Source: a virus. From it: a stretch of DNA of 64,000 nucleotides. The stretch spans positions 32,001 to 96,000 of IMG/VR virus record IMGVR_UViG_3300017605_000342. One strand, written 5' to 3'. Shown here piece by piece: positions 37,256-45,586 of this stretch. The position numbers and the translations under genes were made by a program. A model generated the notes under the pieces. It ran no database searches. It had not been told where the DNA came from and was given only the letters and a program-made list of their open reading frames with translations. Positions within the stretch are counted from its first letter, which is position 1. Every line of letters begins with the position of its first letter.

Positions 37256-37925
37256 CTTGATTATTCCCGACATCCATAACAAGATCAACATTGCGGAAAC
37301 GATCTTAAAAAATTACCTGTACGATCATGCTTGGTTTTTAGGTGACTACTTCGATGACTTTCACGACAGTGCTGAAGAGATTGTTGCCGTCGCTAGTTGG
37401 ATAAAAAAGAAACTACAAGACCCCAAGGTTACGTTGTTGTTGGGTAACCACGACTATCACTATTGGAAGCCGTTCTTACAGAAATGCAGCGGCTACACAG
37501 AAAGAAAGTACGGTGCTATAAGAACCATACTGTCTGAGGTAGACTTTGAGAGTATGCATACTCACGCTTGGGTAGATGGCTGGCTATTGTCTCATGCTGG
37601 CTACTCTAAGTATTACGCAGACCCGATTGAAGGTTTAACGCCCAAAATTACGGCTAAGCTAGATCAAAAAATGCGTGATAGCCACGCTGCCAGAAAATTA
37701 CCAGAACTTTTTTGGTGCGGACAAGATCGTTACGGTGTCAACCACCACTCCGGTATTATCTGGCAAGATTGGTTTACTGCTAGGAAAGTGCCGGGGGTTA
37801 ATCAGATCATGGGACATACTCCCCAACGCAACTGGAGAGAGCATGAAGGTGACTACTGCCTAGACACTGGCTTACATTGTGTTGGGCTACTTGAAGACGG
37901 TAAACTAACAGTAGAGTATCTATAA
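37248..37925 (+). CDS. calcineurin-like metallophosphoesterase
   Basis: PDIH, LGDYFD, GNHD, SHAG and GHT. Confidence 0.88.
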   Translation: MINLIIPDIHNKINIAETILKNYLYDHAWFLGDYFDDFHDSAEEIVAVASWIKKKLQDPKVTLLLGNHDYHYWKPFLQKCSGYTERKYGAIRTILSEVDFESMHTHAWVDGWLLSHAGYSKYYADPIEGLTPKITAKLDQKMRDSHAARKLPELFWCGQDRYGVNHHSGIIWQDWFTARKVPGVNQIMGHTPQRNWREHEGDYCLDTGLHCVGLLEDGKLTVEYL

Positions 37926-37938
37926 CCGGAGACACACT

Positions 37939-38268
37939 ATGAATCTAAACGACCCAAAGACAATATTTGCAGTAAGAACTTTCCTGAAAGATCTACATCA
38001 CACCGATTGGGAAAACCAATGGATAGCAGTGCGTGTGCAGGAACCACATAGATACCACAACGATCAGCCGTATTATGTGGCAGGTCAGTTAGATATTTCA
38101 GACGGTTCCCACACAGCTAGTTTCCATGTGGATTTCAAATCAAAAGATGAAGCAGATAAAATTCTAGAATCACTCAAAATACTTTCTAACACTTTAGTAG
38201 TATTGATTGACAAGATAGAAGAAAGTGGTGACAAACTTTCACAACTTAACGCTGGTCATAGAATCTGA
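37939..38268 (+). CDS. hypothetical protein
   Basis: SD GGAG upstream. Confidence 0.55.
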   Translation: MNLNDPKTIFAVRTFLKDLHHTDWENQWIAVRVQEPHRYHNDQPYYVAGQLDISDGSHTASFHVDFKSKDEADKILESLKILSNTLVVLIDKIEESGDKLSQLNAGHRI

Positions 38269-38900
38269 TGTCTAACACGTGGTTTTCTGCTGACCTACAC
38301 TTGGGTCACTTTAACATCAATAAATATTGCAATCGACCTTTTCTTACTAAAGAACTTTCAGAAGAGCTTGCTATACTAGAAGCGTCCAAACCCAGTGTAA
38401 CTGGTATTGGCCGTATGCACGATATTAAACGAAAAGTTACTTGGACGATGGACGAAACCATTATAGGTAACTGGAACAATGTCATCAAAGATGACGATGT
38501 TGTTTACCTTTTGGGTGATCTATGTTTTGCAGATGTAGATAAAGCACGGGAGTATATCAAAAGACTTAAAGGTAAAATTCATTTCATAGAAGGCAACCAC
38601 GACAAGCCTCTGGCAAACCTGAAGCACCTGTTTGTGTCCTATCGCAAATACAGTGAAATAACAATGGATAATGTCCCTGTAACATTATGTCATTATGCGT
38701 TGCGGGTTTGGAACAAGTCTCACCGGGGAGCCTACAGCCTTTATGGGCACTCCCACGGATCATTGCCTGACGATCCTATGGCTCTTTCGTTTGACTGTGG
38801 AGTAGATACCAACAATTTCTGTCCTTACAGTTGGGAAGATGTTACTAAGAAGATGGCTACAAAGACATGGAAACCCATAGATCATCATGGTCTACACTAG
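38268..38900 (+). CDS. calcineurin-like phosphoesterase (phage type)
   Basis: ADLHLGH, LGD, GNHD, CHY, GHSH and DCGVD. Confidence 0.9.
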   Translation: MSNTWFSADLHLGHFNINKYCNRPFLTKELSEELAILEASKPSVTGIGRMHDIKRKVTWTMDETIIGNWNNVIKDDDVVYLLGDLCFADVDKAREYIKRLKGKIHFIEGNHDKPLANLKHLFVSYRKYSEITMDNVPVTLCHYALRVWNKSHRGAYSLYGHSHGSLPDDPMALSFDCGVDTNNFCPYSWEDVTKKMATKTWKPIDHHGLH

Positions 38901-38917
38901 TATAAAGGAAGTACTTA

Positions 38918-40015
38918 ATGAAAGTTTGTATAGTTCTGGGAACAAGACCGGAAGTAATAAAGTTCACTCCAATAATAGAAGCACTCAAGAAGAACCCAAC
39001 GATTGACTTGAGTGTTATAAGTACCGGGCAGCATACCACATTGCTGGACGTGCTGCCCTTGGATTGCACAGAGACGCTTGTATGGCAAGCACAAGAAGGC
39101 CACACCCTGTCAGGGACCTTGGCCGCAATGCTGTCGCGGTTGGACGTGGCTATACAACGTGTTGCCCCAGACATGATACTTGTTCAAGGTGATACCACTT
39201 CAGCTTTGTGCGGGGCGCTGGCGGCTGCTAATTACCAAATCCCTCTAGGACACGTTGAAGCTGGCTTACGCACATACGACAAGTCCAGCCCCTTCCCTGA
39301 AGAGAACATACGTCGCATCATATCGTCTGTGGCTGACCATCACTTTTGCATCTCCGGTACATCGATGGACAACCTCATAAAAGAGAATGTTGGTGGTAAA
39401 AAATATCTTACAGGGTCTACTGCTATCGACATGGTACACAGAATTAAACACATACATATCCCTAGTCCTAAAAAAACTATCTTACTAACTTTACATCGAA
39501 GAGAGAATTTAGATACTGACCGTGCAGCTAACTACCTGAAACAAATCATACGCTTTTTGAATGAGCATAATGAGGTCGGAAACGACCGAATAACTTGTCT
39601 GTGGGTAACACACCCCAACCCCAAAGTAAAAGCGTTGATCGACAGTTTAGATATTCCTACCAACATGGGGATCGTTGAGGCTGCCGACTACAATCACTTC
39701 ATTCAGTGGTGTAAATGGTCATGGGTTATATGCTCTGACTCTGGCGGAATCCAAGAAGAGAACACTGTATTACAGCGACCGCTGTTTATTCTCAGGGATA
39801 CCACAGAGCGACCGGAAGTCCTAGACTCACCCAACGTAGTGCTGGTGACTCACCCAGAAGCACTGTGGGTATGGCTACAAGACCTGTGGATCAGACCGGA
39901 ACGTTACCACAACAACGGTGTACGCAATGAGTTTAACTCTGTCATACCAGAATCTGAAATCTTTGGTGCGGGCACTGCTGGCGAACGCATCGCAGATATC
40001 ATTGGGACACTATGA
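38918..40015 (+). CDS. wecB: UDP-N-acetylhexosamine 2-epimerase (non-hydrolysing, WecB/WbjD family)
   Basis: GTRPEVIK, TGQH, VQGDT, HVEAGLRT, PEE, TLHRREN, DSGGIQEE and TERPE. Confidence 0.92.
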   Translation: MKVCIVLGTRPEVIKFTPIIEALKKNPTIDLSVISTGQHTTLLDVLPLDCTETLVWQAQEGHTLSGTLAAMLSRLDVAIQRVAPDMILVQGDTTSALCGALAAANYQIPLGHVEAGLRTYDKSSPFPEENIRRIISSVADHHFCISGTSMDNLIKENVGGKKYLTGSTAIDMVHRIKHIHIPSPKKTILLTLHRRENLDTDRAANYLKQIIRFLNEHNEVGNDRITCLWVTHPNPKVKALIDSLDIPTNMGIVEAADYNHFIQWCKWSWVICSDSGGIQEENTVLQRPLFILRDTTERPEVLDSPNVVLVTHPEALWVWLQDLWIRPERYHNNGVRNEFNSVIPESEIFGAGTAGERIADIIGTL

Positions 40016-40251
40016 ACGTAAAGAACACCCTACAAAAGTTATTGCCCTTGGAAGATTTAATTTGGGAACATGAACGTGAATTCCTCAGAGAGTTTTGCCA
40101 CAATGGTGACGACTTGATTGGATTGTATTTCTCAAGCGAGTGTTGTAGATTTGTTTACTTGCTACCTGAAGGACAGCACGTAATTGATACGATAAGTGCT
40201 AATAAACTAGACTGGTGGTTACACTCCATCGGTTTGTACGGGAGAGTTTAA
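40012..40251 (+). CDS. hypothetical protein
   Basis: Coupled ORF. Confidence 0.5.
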   Translation: MNVKNTLQKLLPLEDLIWEHEREFLREFCHNGDDLIGLYFSSECCRFVYLLPEGQHVIDTISANKLDWWLHSIGLYGRV

Positions 40252-40490
40252 TGCCAATATTGGAATTCAAGTGTAAAAAACATGGGCCATTTGAAATGAT
40301 TATTCTTAGCTGGGATAAAGCAGCGGAGTGTAGGCGGGCACCGTGTCCTACGTGCAAACACCACGCCCCTAAGGTAGAGTTTTCAACACCAGCTAGATTT
40401 ATGGGGTGCTTTGGAGAAAACAACGCAACTCCACCCGCACCCTCAAAAAGACATTCAACAAAGAAGATGGACAAAAAAGGAAACACATAA
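40251..40490 (+). CDS. FmdB-like zinc-ribbon protein
   Basis: MPILEFKC..HG.FE...CPTC. Confidence 0.65.
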   Translation: MPILEFKCKKHGPFEMIILSWDKAAECRRAPCPTCKHHAPKVEFSTPARFMGCFGENNATPPAPSKRHSTKKMDKKGNT

Positions 40491-40843
40491 TGAAAACTAA
40501 GAAAACCAAAATTAAGAAGCCAGCTATCAAGAAAGCAACTACCGTAGAATTGCGAGAAGAGAACAAGTCTCTAAAAGAAACGTTAGCGATGGCTGACCGC
40601 ATCATTTTCAATTTGGTACAACAGCATCACGATGATGAATTCAAAGACGGTTATCGTGAATGTTACAGAATTAGCGCACCTGGTTTAGACCTGACGGACC
40701 CTAATGAATACAAGTGGGAAATCGATAGAGATATCCTAAAACAGCAGAACGTAATAGCCGTTGCTAAGTTCTCATTGATTAAACAGATATACCCATTCGA
40801 AAGACCAGAAGATCATGTCTCCCCTGTCTACGGGAAAGGCTAA
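40490..40843 (+). CDS. hypothetical protein
   Basis: TAATG-coupled ORF. Confidence 0.5.
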   Translation: MKTKKTKIKKPAIKKATTVELREENKSLKETLAMADRIIFNLVQQHHDDEFKDGYRECYRISAPGLDLTDPNEYKWEIDRDILKQQNVIAVAKFSLIKQIYPFERPEDHVSPVYGKG

Positions 40844-40846
40844 TTC

Positions 40847-41659
40847 ATGCGGGTGTTCGTTCTTGGTAGTAAAGGCATGTTGGGTCACGTTGTATCAAGA
40901 TATCTCAAAGAACAATCTTATGAAGTCGTAGATGTTCCTAGAGAAAAGCTTGATGCAGCGCAGCACTTAGACCTTATAGACTGGAAGATACGTCCTTGGT
41001 GTTTACAACCCTCAGATGTCGTTATCAACTGTATAGGAATCGTGCCGCAAATAGAATCCGATCTTAAAACAGAACATCAAGTAAATGCGGTGTTCCCACA
41101 CAGTCTAGTAAGATGCGTAGACACACGTGTGATACACATAAGCACCAACTGCGTGTTCTCTGGGATAGAACGTAGAGCTTACACACACGCTGGATATACA
41201 GAGCATGATTTACCAAGACCCAGTAAAAGCTATGGTATAACAAAACTTCAAGGTGAGGTACCCCTGCACTCGATGGTGCTACGCACGTCTGTCATTGGCC
41301 CTCAAATAAAAGGTATGTACGGATTTCATGCTAAGGCACGATTGGGTATGATTACTGACGGTTACGTCGATCATTACTGGAACGGGGTAACCACACTACA
41401 ATTGGCAAAAACCATTGAGTGGATTATCAAAAAGCATCTGTTCAACTTTGGCGTGTACCACATACACTCTCCTAACATAATGTCAAAGTATGACCTTATA
41501 AAAGAGATACTACATGTCAATACCTCACACTGGAACATTAATCCAAAGCTAGCTGGTGGAGAAAATCTTACTCTGTGGTCCTTCCACCAAAATATCAACC
41601 ATCCTAACATAGACTGCACAATTCAGAGGCAACTAAGGGAACTTCATAAATGGTACTAA
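40847..41659 (+). CDS. RmlD-like NDP-4-keto-6-deoxysugar reductase (SDR)
   Basis: VLGSKGMLG, VINCIG, VNAVFPH, HISTNCVFSG, YGITK..GE, LRTSVIG and WNGVTT. Confidence 0.88.
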   Translation: MRVFVLGSKGMLGHVVSRYLKEQSYEVVDVPREKLDAAQHLDLIDWKIRPWCLQPSDVVINCIGIVPQIESDLKTEHQVNAVFPHSLVRCVDTRVIHISTNCVFSGIERRAYTHAGYTEHDLPRPSKSYGITKLQGEVPLHSMVLRTSVIGPQIKGMYGFHAKARLGMITDGYVDHYWNGVTTLQLAKTIEWIIKKHLFNFGVYHIHSPNIMSKYDLIKEILHVNTSHWNINPKLAGGENLTLWSFHQNINHPNIDCTIQRQLRELHKWY

Positions 41660-42471
41660 CACGCATATACGCTGTCCATTACAATCGTTCAGATTTTATT
41701 GAACTACAAAAGCAGTGCTTGGATAGATGGTTTCGTACGCCCTTCGAATACATCGTAATCAACAATGGGCGTGATCCAGATACACGCTCACAGCTAGCAT
41801 ATGCTGCTGCTAAGATCGGCTCTGATATTATTTACACCCATTCAGACACAGGCTTTGACAAAGCAGGTAAGCACCATGCAGACGCCCTCAACCAAGCTTG
41901 GAAAGAGCATATAACCAAGCACAACGACTTGGCTATGGTTCTAGACGGCGATGTGTTCTTGTTGGACAACTTCACTATCACAGATATACTATCTCAAACA
42001 AAACCAATCTTCGGAGTACCACAACATCGCAAGGTGTTCAACTATATTTCACCCACGCTGGTAGGAATGGATCTAGCAAAGATAACATTACTAGAAGAAA
42101 TAGATTGGGAAGGAAAAGAGATAGTACCTAAGGTACACTTGGACACTGGTGGAGGGTTGCATCCGTGGTGTCATGCTGGCGTTGTACGCCCCATCTCGAA
42201 TACATGGCATATCAAAGCAGACAACAACAATCTACACACGCTGCCGGACGCTGTAATGACTACGTATAGAGAAGGATTCGATGTTGAACTATACGGTGAC
42301 AAGTGGCTGCACTACTGTAGATCGTCCGGTTGGGACTGGCCCACAGAAGACTACGTACATCTAAAGTCAGTTTGGCTACGGAATTTCCTTGACATGCGGC
42401 TAGCGTGTGATATACAATTGAAGTACACTGGCTTCAATATCGGAGTCAATGACTATTTGGGTTGGGTATAA
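41650..42471 (+). CDS. GT-A-fold glycosyltransferase-like protein
   Basis: FIELQ, YIVINN, HADAL, LDGDVF and DTGG; paralog of 31246..32049. Confidence 0.6.
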   Translation: MVLTRIYAVHYNRSDFIELQKQCLDRWFRTPFEYIVINNGRDPDTRSQLAYAAAKIGSDIIYTHSDTGFDKAGKHHADALNQAWKEHITKHNDLAMVLDGDVFLLDNFTITDILSQTKPIFGVPQHRKVFNYISPTLVGMDLAKITLLEEIDWEGKEIVPKVHLDTGGGLHPWCHAGVVRPISNTWHIKADNNNLHTLPDAVMTTYREGFDVELYGDKWLHYCRSSGWDWPTEDYVHLKSVWLRNFLDMRLACDIQLKYTGFNIGVNDYLGWV

Positions 42472-42561
42472 GGAAGTATGGGAGAACCAGGCAATCCACT
42501 GCCCCGCTAAGGCAAGGTCGCCCCACCGGGCGTGCATGTTCGAATCGTGCTACTTCCGCCA
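42472..42561 (+). tRNA. trnS: tRNA-Ser(GCU)
   Basis: GGAAGTA/TACTTCC acceptor, TGCC-CCGCTAA-GGCA, long variable arm CGCCC/GGGCG, G73, CCA; C33. Confidence 0.87.
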
Positions 42562-42566
42562 CATAT

Positions 42567-42896
42567 ATGAAAATGTTCGAAGACGAATTTCCCTGCATGG
42601 GACTATCACCACGTAGCTGGTCAGAAACCTCAGATACGACTATAGCTGTAACTAACTACAAAAAACAACTACTAGAAAAACCATCAATGATTCCCTTTGC
42701 AAAATTTACTAGATCAAACGGCGCTACTATATACGTCAATGCTAACAACATAGCTTACCTAGTATCAGTAGGAGAGACTCAGGTACGACTTGTCTTCGTG
42801 GGCGGTCCAGAGCCTGCCAACGATACAGTTATCGTACAAGGAAGTATTAGCCAAGTTGCCGACAGCCTTAGGTCCATAGGAGAAAAACATGTGTAA
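42567..42896 (+). CDS. hypothetical protein with FlbD-like C-terminal half (alternative start 42687)
   Basis: FTRSNGATIYVNANNI...IVQGSISQV. Confidence 0.5.
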   Translation: MKMFEDEFPCMGLSPRSWSETSDTTIAVTNYKKQLLEKPSMIPFAKFTRSNGATIYVNANNIAYLVSVGETQVRLVFVGGPEPANDTVIVQGSISQVADSLRSIGEKHV

Positions 42897-42922
42897 ATGC
42901 GGCCACACTCTTCTAGAACATA

Positions 42923-43228
42923 ATGAGTTATCACACATTCTTTCATGCCCAAGGCTGGGGTGTAGTCAGTGTTCCTGTGAAGAATACTCCCCAAAGGATA
43001 CTAATGAGTAAGTTCTTCTGGCAGTTTATGGGAGACTTTACAGATATCCTAGATAAAGCTTTTAACTTCACAAGCGAAGTCTTTACGACCGTGCTTCAAA
43101 TAATTGGCATAGCTGTGTTGGGTATTTGTGCCGCAGCAATGTTAGCTATACCATTTGCGTTATATTGTGTGTACAGAGGAATAAAATGGCTGTTCGTTGG
43201 ATCGGTGGCTGGTCAAAACCAAGATTAG
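42923..43228 (+). CDS. membrane protein (start uncertain)
   Basis: Long hydrophobic segment VLQIIGIAVLGICAAAMLAIPFALY. Confidence 0.5.
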   Translation: MSYHTFFHAQGWGVVSVPVKNTPQRILMSKFFWQFMGDFTDILDKAFNFTSEVFTTVLQIIGIAVLGICAAAMLAIPFALYCVYRGIKWLFVGSVAGQNQD

Positions 43229-43245
43229 CCACCAACAAAAATCAG

Positions 43246-44232
43246 ATGAAAGTACTTATCACAGGTGGGGCTGGGTTCTTAGGTACTCAGCTAACTAAGC
43301 ACTTCCTAGCACAAGACAACGAAGTAGTTGTAGCTAGTCGTGACGAAGCTAAGCACTGGAAGCTTAAACACTCGGTAGATAACGACCCACGCTTAACTAC
43401 CTTTGTCTGGAATGCCGCCGACCAGCATTACCTGAACGTCACTGGTATACTTCACTCCGTAGAGCCTGACGTTATCATCATGACTCACGCACTGAAACGT
43501 ATTGACGTGTGTGAAGCACAACCGGACGAGGCTTTAGAAATCAACACAGTTGCAGTACAACGGTTGCTGGAATACGTCATGTATTTCAAACCCAAGAATC
43601 TAAAAAACGTTGTGCTGATAAGTACAGACAAGGCAGCAAACCCGATATCCACATACGGCACCACAAAACTTCTGGCAGAACAGTTTATGCGCCACGCCCA
43701 ATCCGCGATGGGCAACCAAACAAAGTTTGTTGTAGTACGCTATGGCAATGTACTAGACAGCACTGGTAGCGTCATACCATACATCAAGAACCGTATTGGC
43801 TTTGGGCAACCCTTACAGATCACAGACCCAACCATGACTCGGTTTATCTTCTCATCCAGAGATGCTGTGGATATGGTTGTGCATATGATTACGAACAATG
43901 AATCCGGCCTGTGGATTCCCGGTAGGATACCGTCAATGAACATAGGCCATCTGTTTGAGCTATATTCTGAAAAGTATAGCCGAGCCGTTGAGCACGGCCC
44001 TCAAAGAGCATTCCCAGAAAAACCACATGAAGTCCTCAATACGGAGCACGAACAAATACAGTGGCTCCCGTACAAATGCCCTGTACCCATACGGGGTGTC
44101 TCACGGCAAGATTTTACTTGCCCCTATCAAGAGCTAAAGGTAGGTCGTGCTCAACAAATCATTTCTTCAGAAGACGTGCAAATAACAAAACAAGAACTCA
44201 AACTTCTACTAGAAAGAGAAAACTTACTGTGA
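43246..44232 (+). CDS. UDP-GlcNAc 4,6-dehydratase (PseB/WbjB/CapD-like, soluble)
   Basis: VLITGGAGFLG, SRDEAK, ALK, ISTDKA, YGTTK, VRYGNV..S.GSVIP, TDPTMTRF and EKPHE. Confidence 0.9.
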   Translation: MKVLITGGAGFLGTQLTKHFLAQDNEVVVASRDEAKHWKLKHSVDNDPRLTTFVWNAADQHYLNVTGILHSVEPDVIIMTHALKRIDVCEAQPDEALEINTVAVQRLLEYVMYFKPKNLKNVVLISTDKAANPISTYGTTKLLAEQFMRHAQSAMGNQTKFVVVRYGNVLDSTGSVIPYIKNRIGFGQPLQITDPTMTRFIFSSRDAVDMVVHMITNNESGLWIPGRIPSMNIGHLFELYSEKYSRAVEHGPQRAFPEKPHEVLNTEHEQIQWLPYKCPVPIRGVSRQDFTCPYQELKVGRAQQIISSEDVQITKQELKLLLERENLL

Positions 44233-45020
44233 TTGAAAAAGGCCACACCATACCGTGTTTAGACCACGGCTTTGTTAGACTAATAGATTATTTAGGCACT
44301 GAACAACGCATCGTTGAAGCAGCTAGGGTATCCTATAAATCTCCGTCTAAGGGAGATGACGCTGATAAAAAACTTATAGCTTATCTGTACAAGAATAGGC
44401 ACACTAGTCCCTTTGAGCAATGCAATATCACCTACAACATAAAATTACCTTTGTTTGTTCAAGGACAGCTAGTCAGACACAGAACACAGAGACTTAACCA
44501 AATGTCTGCACGTTACACAGAAATGCCGGATGAGTTTTATATTCCATCAGAATGGCGTCCACAAGACACCAAGAATAAACAAGGAAGTACCGAACAAGTT
44601 GGGTGGAATCCATCCGTAAAGGTCATGATGCCAAACCCACAGGTGTTAGGATCTGGCAATATACCAAATGGTCCGCTATGCGGTGACAAGCTTGGTGAAG
44701 AACCCTACCTATACACATACGAAGCTACTGCAATGGTTAATCACCACTGTAAGATCTCATATCAAAAATACGAATCCCTGCTACACGCCGGTGTAGCCAA
44801 GGAAATGTCACGCATGATCTTACCCCAGAACTTATACACAGAAATATACTCCAACTGGGATTTACACAATCTTATGCACATGTTTACATTGCGACTAGAT
44901 GCACACGCCCAACTAGAAATTAGGGTATTTGCACAAGCAATGTTTGACATCTTCGAGGCATTATATCCGTGGGTTTCGGAAGCTTACAAAAAATACACAT
45001 GGGTGGTTAAAGAACAGTGA
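44229..45020 (+). CDS. thyX: flavin-dependent thymidylate synthase
   Basis: AARVSY, HTSPFEQ, QLVRHR...NQMSARY, KEMSRMILP and LRLDAHAQLEIR. Confidence 0.95.
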   Translation: MIEKGHTIPCLDHGFVRLIDYLGTEQRIVEAARVSYKSPSKGDDADKKLIAYLYKNRHTSPFEQCNITYNIKLPLFVQGQLVRHRTQRLNQMSARYTEMPDEFYIPSEWRPQDTKNKQGSTEQVGWNPSVKVMMPNPQVLGSGNIPNGPLCGDKLGEEPYLYTYEATAMVNHHCKISYQKYESLLHAGVAKEMSRMILPQNLYTEIYSNWDLHNLMHMFTLRLDAHAQLEIRVFAQAMFDIFEALYPWVSEAYKKYTWVVKEQ

Positions 45021-45586
45021 TTGACTATAGTAAATGTATAAGAAAAGAAGCACGACCCCCACGCAAGAGAATTAGAGGCAGTGGTTCTATTTACTACGAT
45101 CCAAACTACGTTTATATTTTTCAGTGTAGTTCGTGCAGCAAAGAAATGCCTCTGCAACCGAACAAGTGGAAGACCCACTCAGGATACTGTGTGCGATGTG
45201 TTAAACGTAAGAATAAACCTTATCACACACTGTACGCAAGGCTGCTCACTTCCGCAAAGAAGGAAGGTAGGGAAGTGGAACTAACCTACGAAGAGTTTGA
45301 GTTCTTAACACAAATAGGCGTGTGTAACTACTGCAACTCAGAAATTAAATGGAATGAATTTAAGGCTGGGCCATACAATCTAGATAGGAAAGATAATACT
45401 AAAGGATATTCTTTTGAAAATGTAGTAGTTAGTTGTAAGGAATGTAACTTCATGAAAAATAGATTTTATAGCTTTGAAGAGTTCAAGGCTATATCAGAAG
45501 TTTTAAAAATCATGCGTGGAAATAGTAAAGAGAGAAAAACTGACTTAATTAGCTCACTTTGCTATACTCCACATACCAGTCTCTAA
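45017..45586 (+). CDS. HNH-like putative homing endonuclease
   Basis: CSSC..CVRC, CNYC and LDRKDN.KGY...NVV.SC..CN.MK. Confidence 0.8.
   Translation: MIDYSKCIRKEARPPRKRIRGSGSIYYDPNYVYIFQCSSCSKEMPLQPNKWKTHSGYCVRCVKRKNKPYHTLYARLLTSAKKEGREVELTYEEFEFLTQIGVCNYCNSEIKWNEFKAGPYNLDRKDNTKGYSFENVVVSCKECNFMKNRFYSFEEFKAISEVLKIMRGNSKERKTDLISSLCYTPHTSL

Noticed and set aside
23394-44232. A captured bacterial O-antigen/capsule operon or host chromosomal flank
   Set aside because: The sugar genes are interleaved and coupled with phage-type genes and tRNAs, and lack wzx/wzy/wzz or ABC export genes.
420-44950. Many 60-180 aa minus-strand ORFs in the left block (and plus-strand ORFs in the right block)
   Set aside because: They are antisense shadows of well-supported genes, with no motifs or translation signals.
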